The notes beneath the pieces were generated by a model. The model was given only the letters and a program-made list of their open reading frames with translations, had not been told where the DNA came from and did not search any database. A DNA stretch of 64,000 bases, from NCBI RefSeq assembly GCF_037042905.1, contig NC_087251.1, forward strand, positions 33,110,001-33,174,000. The letters run 5' to 3'. A program made the translations under genes and the position numbers. Positions within the stretch are counted from its first letter, which is position 1, and every line of letters starts with the position of its first letter. This DNA comes from Lytechinus pictus (Eukaryota). Positions 48,557-62,372 of this stretch are shown here, in pieces.

Positions 48557-48937
48557 TATGTTTGTGTTGTCATGTGTATTGTTGATATTAACATTCATCA
48601 TCACATTCTTACTCGCCAATCTGATCTCCATCTCATATCCAAAATCTCGGTTACCATGGATACTGACACTGAGGGTTGAACCACACGCATGTTCACTCGC
48701 AGTCACGTCATAATGGGAGAGAGCCTCACCCACCGGGCATGCATTGGATATATCTATCAACAATCACACTTTCGAATTCACTCCCATCATCATAACAAAT
48801 TACTTGACTCACAGTCTCACCCTCATATTCGTCTTTAACACTGCCATATGTATCCTGTATTTGGTTTGTGATCTGTGGGCTGATGTACATTCGAATTATG
48901 GTAAACAAACTCAAGTTCACAGTCACCGAATGATATA

Positions 48938-51538
48938 GGTTTTCCAGGTCAAATGTGCGTCGTGTCAAAGCAAGTGTCCGATTAGGTAATTCAAATGTCA
49001 ATAGGGAATTCAAATGTCCAATTAGCCAGACTTATGTCCCAATAGATGAATAACATGTCCTTATAGAGAAGTCAAATGTCCGCACGATAGAATTCAATTC
49101 CAATAGGTAGATCAAATGTCCATCTTGCAAATCAAATATCCTAATAGGTAAATAAGATGTCCGTAGGGAATTCAAATATCCTTTCAATAGCAATTGTTAC
49201 ATAATCATGCATAACTTAAGACATCAAGTCGTACGTAGGTGAATCAAATGTCGTTTAGGTAATTCAAATGTCCTTTTGCTAATGATGCTGGAAAGGGATT
49301 GAAATTTTCTTATAATGTAAGACAAATGTACACATTTAATATCGAAATTCTGTTCAAAAGGCAAAGATTATTCAATCAATAGGGAAAAACAATTGCAATT
49401 TGGTTCATTGAAAAGAAAATCCCTTAAAAATTTATTGAAAGTTTAACAGAAAAATATGCTTCATACTGATAGTGCATCATTAATAACATATTTATTGAAA
49501 GGAAGATGAAATTGATTGTTGTCTAAATATTTTGCTCTAATTGTAAATTGAAAATGTAGGCATCATTCTGCCAGTGTTCCATAGGGTCAAAAGCAAGGTA
49601 ATTCAATAAATTAAACAATGATGAAAAACATATGAAAAAATGAATAATTATAAATAAAGATGGCAGAACTATTGTTTGAAATAAATAAGGAATAAGTGGT
49701 ACTCAAGATAAGTTGAATAATAATGGGTTTTTTTTTAAGTACAAGAATGCGAAATACTACCCTGCCCTCAGTGGCGGATCGAATGGGCCTATCAAAAATA
49801 TTATGAAGCTAGATACGCCCCTACCCACCCCGTCTAATTTAATCAACTTAAAGTAATACAAATATATCCCAACATTGAAAATTATATCGTCTAAGGCGTT
49901 TCCCTGAATTAAAAAAATATAATAAGAGGATTTATAAAAGCATTCAAGGTTGTTACATGTTTGATGCGTCAGGTCAAGTAAATAAATCTAACCTTTTTGA
50001 ATTAACATGCATTTGCATGAAGAGATTTTAAGCATAATATGGTAAAATTTAATTATCTTAAGGTTGTAGATGTATTCATGACAAGAATACAGACATAATT
50101 ATACATATAAATCATTTTAATTTGCGCTTGCAAAAAAATTAATTACATGTTTCGGATGAGTGAGGAAATTTATCCACAAACGGTTACCTAAGAAGAATTA
50201 AACAATAATTATTCTAATGAGTTAAATAGGTTTCATAACTGTAAGGAACAAACATTGTTGACAAAAAAATGAAGTTTTCATATGAATCATGAAATTTATG
50301 CCACATTAAGATTTATTCTGGGTTTGGTTACAATATTGTCCGTAGATCATGTTGTGTGGCGTTCGAACGAAGCGGAAGGAATACAATAATAAGAGCAGAA
50401 TAAGAAAATTGTTGTTATGATAACAGTTTACAATGGCATAGGGACAAGTGAAATCATTTTGTTTGCCTAAAACAAATGAGGAGAGAAGGAAACATTGAAA
50501 AAGTGGAATGAAATATAGACGAGAAAAGAGCCTGATACGAAAAAGCGCTCCATCCCCACCAAGACATAAACGCCGGCTCCAAAACAGGGGCGGGGTAGAA
50601 TGAAAAGAGAAGAAATAATTATATACCTTTATACAAAATAAATAAGACGAAAACAACAACATATAGGACCAAGACCCCCCCCAAAAAAAAAAAATATATA
50701 AATAAACATAAAAAAGAATAATGATAAAAATCAAGGGGTCCCTTGCCTGACAATTGAAAAGAGCAGGAAGTGAAAGGGAAAGCTGAGTGACAGAAAATAA
50801 AAAAAAAGATAAATGAAAAAAATATGAAAAATTGCTCTATTTGTCTGGTTTTCCTACCCCTTTCCTTTTGAGACCTTTATCAATTTCAAGCTCTAAGCTT
50901 AAGATAGAGGTCTTCCAGATTTCAAAATGTATTATGTCGAGATATGTATATATATGCATTTTTTATGCTATTTGTTTTAATAATAAAAACGATAAATTTA
51001 TCAGGTATAAATATATTTCAATTAGATTGCTAGAATGTATATATGCATATGTTATTCATTATGTCATTTGCTTATTGTTATGTTATGCTAAGAAAAAATG
51101 ATTACACTTGTATATACTTTTGTTATTGGAATGTGGAAATGAATAAACGAAATCAAATCAAATCAAAAATATGAAATTATGATGTTCGAGTAATCATTAT
51201 TTCAAACTGTTGGCTATTGAAATCCCTATACGACAATTGTTTACCCAGGTGGGATATTACTATCTCTCTAATCGGACATTCATTTCCCTATGTGACTTTT
51301 GGTTTCCCTAATCGGATATTTGATATAGCTATATGGACACTTTGAAACTACGTGGACATTCGGACTCCCTAATCGGATAATTGATATAGCTATATGGACA
51401 CTTTGAACGTACATGGACGCTTGAAATCCGTAATCGGACATCCATATTCTTATGCGGACATCTGTTTATGAACACGGACATTTGAATTACCTACATGGAC
51501 GATTGGTTCCAATCAATGGACATTTTACCTGGAAAACC
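48938..51538. mobile_element. TA-flanked non-autonomous DNA element with ~20-bp subterminal tandem repeats
   Basis: TIR GGTTTTCCAGGT.AAATGT / ACATTTTACCTGGAAAACC; (AATTCAAATGTCC) repeats on the left and their complement on the right. Confidence 0.8.
50830..51164 (+). mobile_element. Severely 5'-truncated LINE 3' end
   Basis: AATAAA plus (AAATC)n tail; TSD AAAAATATGAAA (50818-50829, 51165-51176). Confidence 0.7.
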
Positions 51539-51559
51539 TATATATATCATGCCTTTGGA

Positions 51560-52105
51560 AGGCCTAACCATCACATCATTGTGCTCGAACGGTGCACCGT
51601 GCACAGACTAGGATATCCCCAGCGTGTTTTCACCGGTTTCTCACAGAAGCTATCGCACGGTTAACAAAAGACAAAGACTTTGTGCATGGCTGATGTCGTC
51701 AACAAAACGGAGTGTCAAGTGAGCCTGAACGCCAGCCTGTAAAACTTCTTCATTTTATAAAATTATAGAAATTCAAGCCTTATTTCAAATAACCAGAACT
51801 TTGTTATTTTTTTACCATTTTCTGTAATCGAGGTATCAAATTAAAGAGCAGATATTGAACTTTTTAAAAATGTGGTTTTCTTTTTGAAATCCAGATACAG
51901 CCCGCCAAGTGACTTTTTGGTATCCCCTCTTCAAATTGTTTTTGCTCACTCATGCGTGAATGAGAAATAATCTAAGCAATTTCAGATGAAAGAGGAGATT
52001 CTAAGCTTTACAATGGTAGGTCAATTTTGTATATTGTATTTGTAATTAAGTTATGATAAATCATCAATAAATCTCGATTTAGTTTTTTTTTTGAGGGACG
52101 CACTG
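51560..52105. mobile_element. Partial Tc1/mariner-type MITE (one end only)
   Basis: Ends TTTTTTGAGGGACGCACTG|TA; no partner end seen; left limit approximate. Confidence 0.5.
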
Positions 52106-52109
52106 TATA

Positions 52110-53165
52110 TCCCTTCTTAACGTGGATTATGAAATTTTAACAAAAATTTTGGCTAAGCGAATCGAAATACTTAATGAAATCGTTGTGGGGGATCAGGTGG
52201 GTTACATGATATTATTTCTCAAACATCCCATTATGATCTACCTGGTTTTTTGTTAGCTATACATTTCAAAAGGCTCTGACGGCTTTGGTTTTGGTACATC
52301 TTTTCAGAGATGGGTCAAAGTCAAAGTCTTGTATACTGACACTTTAAGTTTCGTTATAAATGAAGGAGAGTCCACCGTATAAATTTTGAAGTAAAAAGGG
52401 GGTGAGGCAAGGGGATCCTCTTAGTCCTTACCTTTTTATCTTGTGTATTGAAGTAATGGCTCATACATTACGAAAATATAATTTGATAGAAGGAATTTAA
52501 TTTGGAGATAAAGAAATTAAATAAGCACTTCATGCAGATGATACGACAGTTTTTGCTCGTAATGTAAAATCAGTTGATAGACTCAAAGTTTTATTTGCAG
52601 ACTTTGAAAAACTTTCTGGATTAAAAATCATTTATCACAAAACTAAAGTATTAAAGTTAGGTTCATATCAACATTTTGATTGTGACTTCTTCTTCGGCTA
52701 AATAGTTGATTTTCTAAAAGTTTTAGGAGTATTTTTCACCCTAGATGAACATAAGAAAGAAGATCTAAATTACAAAGAAATCTTAAGCAAAATTAAAACA
52801 CTCTTGAAGTTTTGGAAGCTAAGGGATATAAAGCTTATGGGGAAGATTCGACTATTAAAGGTGCATATCTATTCTAAAGTCCTATATCGAGCGTCTCTAT
52901 ACTCTTGTTCCTAAATGGGCTTATGAATCATTGGATGAATTAACTTTTGATTTCTTATTGAAAGGAAAGAAAGACAATATTAATAGGAATACAACGTTTT
53001 AGACTATAAGCAAGGGGGATTAAAGATGTTAAACTTCCCTGTGCAGGTAAAGGCACAGCGAATAATATGGACTACAAAACTCTTAAGTAAAGATATGAAA
53101 TGGAAACAGTACTTTAATTTTGCCACTAAACATTTGGATAGAGATGTGATAGACATGTTTTACTT
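52110..53165 (+). pseudogene. L1/Tx1-clade reverse transcriptase remnant
   Basis: LLNVDYEILTKILAKR, GVRQGDPLSPYLFILCIE, HADDTT and KQGGLKM motifs; many stops. Confidence 0.85.
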
Positions 53166-53167
53166 GT

Positions 53168-53720
53168 CTCGCTGTATGCTGTCTTGGTTCTATCCCATAT
53201 ATCGTTTACTTCTTGCATAGTGTAATCAAGATCAGCATGGGTCTGGAACCTGTTCTGTTGTTGGAGTATAAAGGAGTTTCTGACCTTGGGGTCTTTCAGT
53301 TTTTCAACATCAAACTGTCTCCTTCCTGACTTTTTGTTTCCTGATTTTCTTAGTTTCACTTTAAACGATGCCAACATAGTGGTCCCTGCTGACATCAGCC
53401 CCTCTCATCACCTTTACATAAAAGAGACGTGCCATTTATCATGATATGGTCAATCTGGTTTTTATCTCTGTTGTTAGGCGAAGTCCAAGTAAGTTTGTGA
53501 ATGTCTTTACGTTGGAAAATTGTACCTCCTATGACCAAGTCATTGGCCGCACAAAGGTCGATCAGCCTTTCACCGTTGTCATTCATACTTCCGCAGCCAT
53601 GTTTTCCTATTACTTTTTCATGGCTTGTGTTATCATTCCCGACTTTTGCATTCAAGTCTTCCATTATAATTGTCATGTTCTGGGATTTTACTTAGTTCAG
53701 CTTGTACTTGCTCATAAAAA
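53168..53720 (-). pseudogene. RTE-clade AP endonuclease fragment
   Basis: DLNAKVG..GKHGCGSMNDNGERL..LVIGGTIF..HKLTWTSP..NQIDH. Confidence 0.85.
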
Positions 53721-53829
53721 TTATCTTCACCATCATTTTCTGGAGCATAAAGTTGCTAGCATTGGTATTTTTGTGAGCCCCAAAGCATGCAGATTCCATT
53801 TGATTAATTTTAAGAAAGATTTTTTTTTT

Positions 53830-55215
53830 CAATTCAATTCAATTAAAAATTTATTTCAATCAATCAATCATAAAAATACAGGTATATACAAATTAGATAA
53901 AACAATGGGATTGGGAGCCCCTGGAAGTTTTCATTTAAAAACTTGTGGGTGGGGCACCACCATGAAACAATTAAATACAAATAAATATAAGACATACATA
54001 AAGAGTGAACAACAAATAACATTGAAATACAATTTAAAAAAAGAGAGAGAAAAAGAAACAATGGGCTAATATAGGGGAAATAAACAAACAAGCAAACTAG
54101 AAGAAATAATTATAAATCATAGTGACCTACAGTGTGCTATTGGCAATAGTTTTTATACTGAGAGAAAATTTCAACTTTAAAAAAAATTGAACTTATTTAG
54201 GGTTTTACTTTGTTTAATATCATTATTTGAATCATTCCACAGCTTGATCATGTTGATTCCTCTACAACGTAGAGAATTTGGGGTAATTTTAGTTTTTGGA
54301 GGATATTGGTGAAGATCTGCTGAATGACGCGTAAAGTATGAATGGTAAGAGGCATTTGTGTTGAAGAGATTGTTAAAAATATTTGGCAAGAGATTTGAAT
54401 GGTAATTGTACATAAATATATAAGTATACATAAGAGCCAAGTCACAAATTTTCAATATTTTACAATCAAGAAATAACTTGTTTGTGTGACTATTGAAATG
54501 TGCATTACAAACTGTTCTTATTAACCTTTTTTGAATAAGAAATAATCTATGTAAATGTGTTTTGAATCCATTCCCCATAGCATACAGCAATAAGTGAGAT
54601 GGGGTAAAACCAAAGTATTATATAGTGAAATTAATACATGTCTGGGTAAAATAAACTTCAGTTTGCGGAGGACACCAGTACTTTTTGATAAACGAGTGCA
54701 TAAATCATCAATATGAGGTTTCCAGGATAGAAATTCATTTATCTTGATACCTAAAAATTGATATTTGATACCTTGGAAATAATCTTGCCATCCATAATAA
54801 CTGGAGGAATGTCAGTACCAATTTTTTTAGTTTGTGTTTTAAATAGTACAAATTTAGTTTTTTCAAGGGACAGTGACAGTTTATTGCATTGAACCAGACA
54901 ACGACTTTACGAAGTTCAATATTTATAGTGTTAATGAGAGGAATAATATTTTTGTGAGAAAGAGTAATACTGGTATCATCAGCAAAGAGTATGAAATTAA
55001 GAATTGAGGAACAATTTACAAGGTCATTGATATACAAAAGGAAAAGCAAGGGGCCGAGGACGGACCCTTGCGGAACGCTGTGTGATACATGACCGAAAGT
55101 TGACTTGACACCGTTGACCGCAACATTCTGCATGCGATTAGATAAATAATTATCAAACCAATCAAGAGCAAGACCTCTTATTCCATAATGTTTAATTTTT
55201 TAAGAAGTATGTCAT
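53830..55215 (-). mobile_element. 5'-truncated CR1-group LINE (RT C-terminus, 3' UTR, (TTGAA)n tail)
   Basis: VPQGSVLGPLLFLLYINDL and FADD; tail at 53830-53845. Confidence 0.88.
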
Positions 55216-56902
55216 GAATTGAATTGAATTGAATTACGTGCAAACACTTAATTCCTATTTTTCTGACATTATGATATGAAAAATGAATTCCTATACCAAT
55301 TATTGTAGGAGAGAGTCGCATGAATTGCTATTCACAAATGCCGTTTTTTGAGTACCCCATTGAAAATAGACTTTCTTGTATGTCTTTGCTTCTATTAAAG
55401 ATTTAAGAAATTAGCCATGTACGTTTTCAGCTGAATAAACCCATTTTCGGGGGCCCTAAGGGCCTATTGTCTGGGCCCCCGTACAGGATAAAGGTGCTGG
55501 CATTGATATTTTAAAATCCCATTGTATACTGTCTCCTTTGCAAAAGGAATTATCCGTGTACATTTTCAGCTGAATAAATTAGTATTGGGACATATGGGCA
55601 CTTTGGCGCTACTGCCCAGGCCCCCATACAGGGTAAAGTTGCTGGCATGGGTAGTTTTGGATATCCCTATGTATACCGAGTCTATTGCAAAGAGAATTAT
55701 CCATGTATGTTTTCACCAACAAACGTAGAGGGCAGCAACACACGGTTTTCACATGTTGGTTTGGTCGGTTGGTTTTCACCTGAATAAATCAGTTTTGGGA
55801 CATCTGGGCCCTTTGGGCCTACTGTCTGGGTCCCTGTACAGGGTAAAGTTGCTGGCATTGGTATTTTTTTGAGCCCCAAAGCATGCAGATTCCATTTTGA
55901 AAGTAATTAGCCATGTACCTTTTCAGCTGAATGAACCCACTTTCGGGGCCCGCCTACTCCCTTACAAAAAAATCCAATGGTAAATCAATGGTACATGAAT
56001 GGTAGCTTCAATGGTATATGGTATTTCAATGGTATTTGAATGGTGGCATCTGAATGGTGAATGGTGTTTCAATGGTGGAGTCTGAATGGTGTATGGTGTT
56101 TAAATGGTGGAGTCTGAATGGTGAATGGTAGAGTCTGAATGGTGAATGGTGGAGTCTGAATGGTGAATGGTGGACTCTAAATGGTGAATGGTCGAGTCTG
56201 AATGGTAAATGGTGCTTTAATGGTGGAGTCTGAATGATGAAAGGGGTTTTAATGGTGGAGTGTGTATGGTGAATGGTGTTTTGCGATGGCAATGGTAGCC
56301 AGTGTTCCACTGGTGGAAGTCTGTATGGTGAATGGTGTTTAATGGTAATCTGTATGGTGAATGGTATTTTAATGGTGATGTCAATGGTAGCCAGTGTTCA
56401 AATTGTAGAAGTCTGTGTGGTGAATGGTGTTTAATGGTAGTCTGTATGGTGAATGGTGTTTTAATTGTGATGAAAATGGTAGCCAGTGTTCAATGGTAGA
56501 CAGCTTTGTGATGAATGGTGTATGGTATTCTGTATGGTGAGTGGTATTTAAATTGTGATGCCAATGGTAACCAGTGATCAAATGGTAGAAGTAGGTGTGG
56601 TGAATGGTGTTTGATGGTAGTGTGTATGGTGAATGGTATTTCAATTGTGATGTCAATGGTAGCCAGTGTTCCACTGGTGGAAGTATGTGTGGTGAATGGT
56701 GTTTTATGGTAGTCTGTATGGTAAATGGTATTTCAATTGTGATGTCAATGGTAGCCAGTGTTCAAATGGTAGAAGTCTGTGTGGTGAATGGTGTTTAATG
56801 GTAGTGTTTTTGGAGAATGGTATTTCAATTGTGATGTCAATGGTAGCCAGTGTTCAAATGGTAGAAGTATGTGTGATGAATATGTTTAATGGTAGATTAT
56901 TA

Positions 56903-57349
56903 CCGTGTTTACACTTAATCGGCAATTGGTTCTGAACCAAATGCCGATGCAGAATCGGCATTTAGATTGCGTTTACACGTTGTTACAGCTCGCGGTTCAG
57001 AACCGCGAGCCGATGCAAAAACCTGAAATGATACGCATACCTACAATATACGTCATAATAAAGACAACGCTGGATCAGTGCGCTTACAATTACGTCACAA
57101 TGGTAAAGTAATTGAAATGCGCACAAATTGCCGGTGCAGAATCGGCTTTCTGTTTACACGTAGTAAAAAAGCCGATTCTGCATCGGCTCGCGGTTCAGAA
57201 CCTACTACTTTGGTGGTGCAAATTGCCGGTTCTGAACCGCGAGCCGATTCAAGTTGCTCGCGTTTACACGCTATGAAAAAGCCGATGCTGAATCGGCTCG
57301 CGGTTCAGAACCGCGAGCCGATTCAAATGCCGATTAAGTGTAAACACGG
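56903..57349. mobile_element. Palindromic MITE
   Basis: TIR CCGTGTTTACACTTAATCGGCA / TGCCGATTAAGTGTAAACACGG flanked by TA; internal GGCTCGCGGTTCAGAACCGCGAGCC hairpins. Confidence 0.85.
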
Positions 57350-57478
57350 TATAAGTGTAAACACGGTATAAGACGCATATGACTTTACGCTAAAAGGCAT
57401 CTTTGAAGCGCAACATCCATCTCTATCCATCTCATCCAAATCAGGTCGGGTCAGTGTGACGTCATCGATAAACAGAGT

Positions 57479-58200
57479 ATGCCAGGACCTAAGAAAAATC
57501 AGTCCATAACGTTCGAAGATTTCATTGAAATCAAGTCTGAACTTCAAAAACTAAACAAAACACTAACATCACAACTCAATGAAATTAAATCTGGTCAAGA
57601 TGAGCTTCGAAAATCTGCTGAGTTCTTTAGCGATAAAGTGGATGAGCTCACCTGCGAGGTGAAAAGGCTGAGTAGTGAGAATGCTTCTATGAAGAAAGAA
57701 AATGAGGATCTGAAAGCAAAGATGACGACACTTGAACACCAAGTGAATGATTTGGATCAATATCACAGAAGGATCAACTTAGAAGTGGCAGGTGTTCCTG
57801 AGAAGGAAGGTGAGAATGTGAGGGAGGCTGTCCTTCACGTCATGAAGAAAATTTCACCAGAGGTATCCAACGACGACATTGATGTGACACATCGACTTGG
57901 TCAGAGAAGAGAAGGTGGTCCAGCCAGACCAATCATCGTTAGATTCACGACTCAGGCCGGAAAAAACTGAGGGAAACATCAACCCGTCAACTGGGATTCT
58001 CAAGAGATGAAGGAAAGGTGTTTCTCAACGAAAATCTTGCCCCAGCTAAGAAGTCTCTCCTGAAGAAGGTGAATGACGAGAGAAAGAAGGCGGGATACAT
58101 GTTCTTATGGACAGTGAATGGCACCATTCTGGTGAGGAAGAGCCCGAATGTTCCACCGGTTGCAATTCATCGAGAAGAGGATCTGAACAAAATCAAGTAA
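57479..58200 (+). pseudogene. LINE ORF1 (coiled coil, RRM, CTD), internally broken
   Basis: LDQYHRRINLEVAGVPE, HRLG, RPIIVRF, FLNENL and FLWTVNGTILVRK motifs. Confidence 0.85.
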
Positions 58201-58250
58201 AACTCTCTTACGCATATATGTTTATATTATACTGGTGTTTTATGTAAATA

Positions 58251-61200
58251 ATGATTGACTTTGATATGATTACGAACATTTCCAATGATTCCAATGATGT
58301 TATTAATGATATTGGTGCTAATAATGATGAACTTAAAATTGATTTAGATCCAAATGATGGGGCTTCGAATGTCATATCCTCAAACTACTACACTCAGGCT
58401 TCAGCCAAAAACATTTTCAAAGGTTTACCTTCTTCCTGCTTGTCTATTTTGCATCTAAATATCAGAAGCCTTAACAAGAATTTTGAACAATTTCGTTTAT
58501 TTTTAGATAACTCAGGTGTTCCCCGAAATACAGTAATAGGTTTAACTGAGACATGGCTGTCAGATAAATATATTAATATGAATGCACTCCCAGGTTATGA
58601 TATACTTACAAATAATCGTGTTGATAAAATTGGTGGTGGTGTTGCAATTTTTGTGCCGAGTCAATTTGAGTATGTTATTATTGAAGACATGAATTTAATG
58701 AATGAAACTGCAGAAACTTTATTTATTGAAATTAGTGATCGTGATAACAGAAAAACTGTATTGGGAGTTGTTTATAAGCCTCCTCGCAGCAATAGTGCAG
58801 ATTTTCTAGACACTTTAAATAATTTACTACATTATCATTCTGTTCAAAACAAAAGATGTATCATAATGGGAAACTTTAACTATGACCCGTTAGCGAGTGA
58901 TACTAATATTTTTGCAAATGACTTTTTAGAGACATTCATTTCTGCCTCCTTTTTGCCACTTATTTCTCGACCCACTAGAATCACTAATACTTCCGCAACT
59001 CTGATTGACAATTTTTTTCTCCAATATACGTTCAGAATTTAAAGCTGGTATAATTATTTCAGACATGTCTGATCATTTCCCAATTTTCATGTATTGTTCT
59101 AATCAATATCAGCCAAACAAACTTCCCGATTACGTATCTAAGAGGCGTGTGTATAGTGATATAAATATATCTCGTTTGAAACAGAGTTTAGAAGAAGAAT
59201 CTTGGGATGATGTATTTAGTACAGAATGTGTTGACGAGTCCTACGAAACATTTATTGATATCTTCATGAGTCATGTTAATGAAAATATTCCTTTTGCAAA
59301 GCCCAAGTCCAAAAATTATAAAAGATCACCCAGACTACCTTGGATAACGAATTCAATTCTTCGTTCGATAAATAGAAAAAAATCGATTATACTATAAATA
59401 TATATCAAGATTAACTGAGAATACTCGGAGCCAATATACTAATTATAAGAATATACTAACAGGGGTCATCCGTACTGCTAAAAAGGCATATTACCATGAT
59501 ATATTTAATCAATGCAAGAATGATCTTAAAAAAAACATGGAAATTGATCAATTCTGCCATCAATAATGGACAAAAGTTTTCAAAGATAACTAAGCTTATG
59601 CATAATGATTATATTATTGAAGATAAAGTTCAGATGGCAAATATTTTCAACAATTACTTTTCACAAGTTGGATTTAAGCTCTCTAGAAGTATACCAACAA
59701 ACTCCCATTCATTTCATCAATATCTGGGGGATAGAAATCAAAGTTCTATGTTTTTCTCTCCTACGAACGCACAGGAGATAATTAAAATTATATCTAGCCT
59801 AAAATCAAATAAAAGTGCAGGATTTGATAACATTGATAACAACCTTTTACAAAAAACTATGAATTATATAATTGACCCTCTTATTTATATATTCAATTTG
59901 TCATTATCATCGGGAAATATTCCAAAATCAATGAAAATTTCTAAGATAATACCAGTCTTCAAAAAAGGTGATAGTTCTTTAGCAAGTAATTACAGACCGA
60001 TTTCATTGCTTACAAACTTATCTAAAATTCTTGAAAAATAGGTTCACATACGAACCATATGTTTTTTTAAAAAGCACAACATCCTATCCGATACTCAATT
60101 TGGTTTCCGGGAAAAGAGTAGCACTTCCCACGCAATACTTTCTTTGGTTCAAACAGTTGCCAAAGCTTATGACAAGTCTTCGAATACGATTGGTTTGTTT
60201 TTAGATTTTTCAAAAGCATTCGATACAGTTGATCATAACATTCTCCTTTATAAACTTTCTCATTATGGAATAAGAGGGGAACCACTAAAGTGGTTCAAGA
60301 ATTATCTAACCGGGCGTTCACAGTTCGTTTCACTTAATTGTAATATTTCTGAACGTAAACCTGTCCTTTGTGGAGTTCCACAGGGCAGCATTCTTGGCCC
60401 ACTTTTGTTCATTACTTATATAAATGATATTGATATGTCATCTAGATTGGTTCAATTTATACTTTTCGCTGATGACTCTAATATATTTCTGTCGCACCCC
60501 GACCCAGAGCAATTGACGCAAATATTCAATGACGAACTAAAAAATGTGTCTAATTGGATAACAGCTAACAAACTCTCTCTTAACCTAGAAAAAACTAGCT
60601 ACATGCTATTTAGCAACAAGATTACGAGTGTACCAAAAGATGTAATTTTAAATGATATTGTCATTCAAAGAGTGCGATCTACTAAATTTTTGGGACTGAT
60701 CATTGACGAAAAACTTTCTTGGAAAGCACATATTGATAATATTTGTAAAATCATTGCTCGCAACATCGGTGTCATTAGAAAATTAAGTTACTTCTTACCC
60801 CATTATATTTTGTTATCATTGTATTCAACGTTAATTTTACCTTACTTGAATTACGGAGTCGTTGCGTGGGGTAATGCAGCGAATTCTCAAATTAATAGAC
60901 TTTTTATTTTACAAAAAATAGTGATTCGTATTATTAGTCATGCAGAATTCAGGGCACATACAAATATTCTGTTTTTGAGAAATAAAGTCTTGAAGGTTAA
61001 AGATTTATATTCTTTTCAACTCGGACAGTTAATGTTCAAGTTTATCAATAAACAATTACCGTTACCTTTTAATAATATGTTTGTAAAAAATGATACAATT
61101 CATAAGCACTTCACTCGCCAGGCGAGTTCCTTTCATGTACCTCTGAATAGAACATCGTTTGCACAGAAGACATTTGTTTTTACTGGTCCAAAATTATGGA

Positions 61201-61287
61201 ATTCTTTTTCAAAAAGATATTATACAATGTAATTCAATACACAGTTTCAAAGGAAAACTTAAAAAATATCTTCTGAATTCATATTAG
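58251..61287 (+). pseudogene. LINE ORF2 (AP endonuclease plus RT), disrupted
   Basis: LTETWL, SDHFP, YRPISLL, DFSKAFDTV, GVPQGSILGP and FADD; stop at 60039 and frameshifts. Confidence 0.92.
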
Positions 61288-62372
61288 ATTATCGTTTTTT
61301 CCCAAAGTAATGTAATTCAGAACTTAATATGTAAATGTGTTTATTAATTTCTCTTTGTATATATGTTAAATCGTTTTATGATTTCTGTATACAGTGTATA
61401 CTGAATCATTTATTTTTATTATTATTTAATTTTATTTTTATTTGTTTATTTTTTTATTCATGATATATATATATATTGTTTATTTCTATAGTTTTTCTTA
61501 TTTTTTATTCATAAAATTTACTTATAAAAGGGGGCCTTCACCCTACAAGCTCTGCTTTTTAGTTGGTCTCCTTCCCTTTCGATTTCATGGTATTATTGTA
61601 TTATAAAAAAATGATTTAAATGTTATATTTTGTAAATATGTATATTGAACTATCATTGTAAATGTAAAAAGATTGAAAGAGAAAATAAATGAATTGAATT
61701 GAATTGAATTGAATTGTGATGTCAATGGTAACCAGTCTTCAAATGGTATGCATGCAGATTCCATTTTAAAGAGAATTAGCCATGTACGTTTTCAGCTGAA
61801 TAAACCCACTTTCGGGGCCCGCCTACTAGCTGCCTGGGCCCCCGTTTAGGATAAATGTGCTGGCATGGGTAGTTTTGGAAATCCCAATGTACACTCGGTC
61901 CATTGCAAAAAGAATTAGCCATGTACCTTTTCAGCTGAATAAACAAATTTGGGGGCCCTCTAGGCCTTCCGTACAGGATATGGCCCGGCAGCAACACATT
62001 CCCTTGATCACTGCCTTCATGCCAACATGATGGGACCATCAAACCTTTTATACCCGATCATCTTAATAAACTCTCCGAGCCCCCGGTCTAGTCAATTTGA
62101 CTGATTTGTTTTAAGAGAGCACGCATTCTTGGTAACTAGGTATGTACTTGTTTTAAAAAAATGAAAAGCTACCCTATTTCTTTTCGATTTAAAAAATACG
62201 TTTAATAATGATCTTCAGTCAAATCCCGCTGCAGATGGGCTAAAATTCCGAATGTGTTTGTTTTCATATTACCTATCATAATGCACTCTCCATGTCATCT
62301 CTCTGTTAATCTAACTCTTTTTAAAGAACGGTAATCAAATTGCATGTTTTTTCTATCACCAAAATGTTAATG

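Larger units (their letters stand above)
57372..61716 (+). mobile_element. Near full-length CR1-group LINE
   Basis: ORF1 57479-58200, ORF2 58251-~61287, AATAAA plus (GAATT)n tail at 61684-61716; 5' end approximate. Confidence 0.9.
55405..62000. repeat. Satellite-like domain: ~115-125 bp TTTTCAGCTGAATAAA/GGGCCC units plus an AATGGT minisatellite (55976-56895, resuming 61715-61750), interrupted by a MITE and a LINE
   Basis: Units recur at 55409-55950 and 61774-61990; AATGGT-rich array with ~20-bp and ~91-bp periods. Confidence 0.75.

Noticed and set aside
46632..48713. Plus-strand long ORFs (MLSSLIMSPSFSC)n and (RCYHHSSCHLHSHV)n as genes
   Set aside because: They are by-products of a 39-bp repeat that lacks stops in those frames; only the minus frame has coding-like flanks.
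62070..62092. CCGAGCCCCCGGTCTAGT as a Helitron 3' end or Academ terminus for the satellite domain
   Set aside because: The hairpin is weak and no matching opposite end was found.
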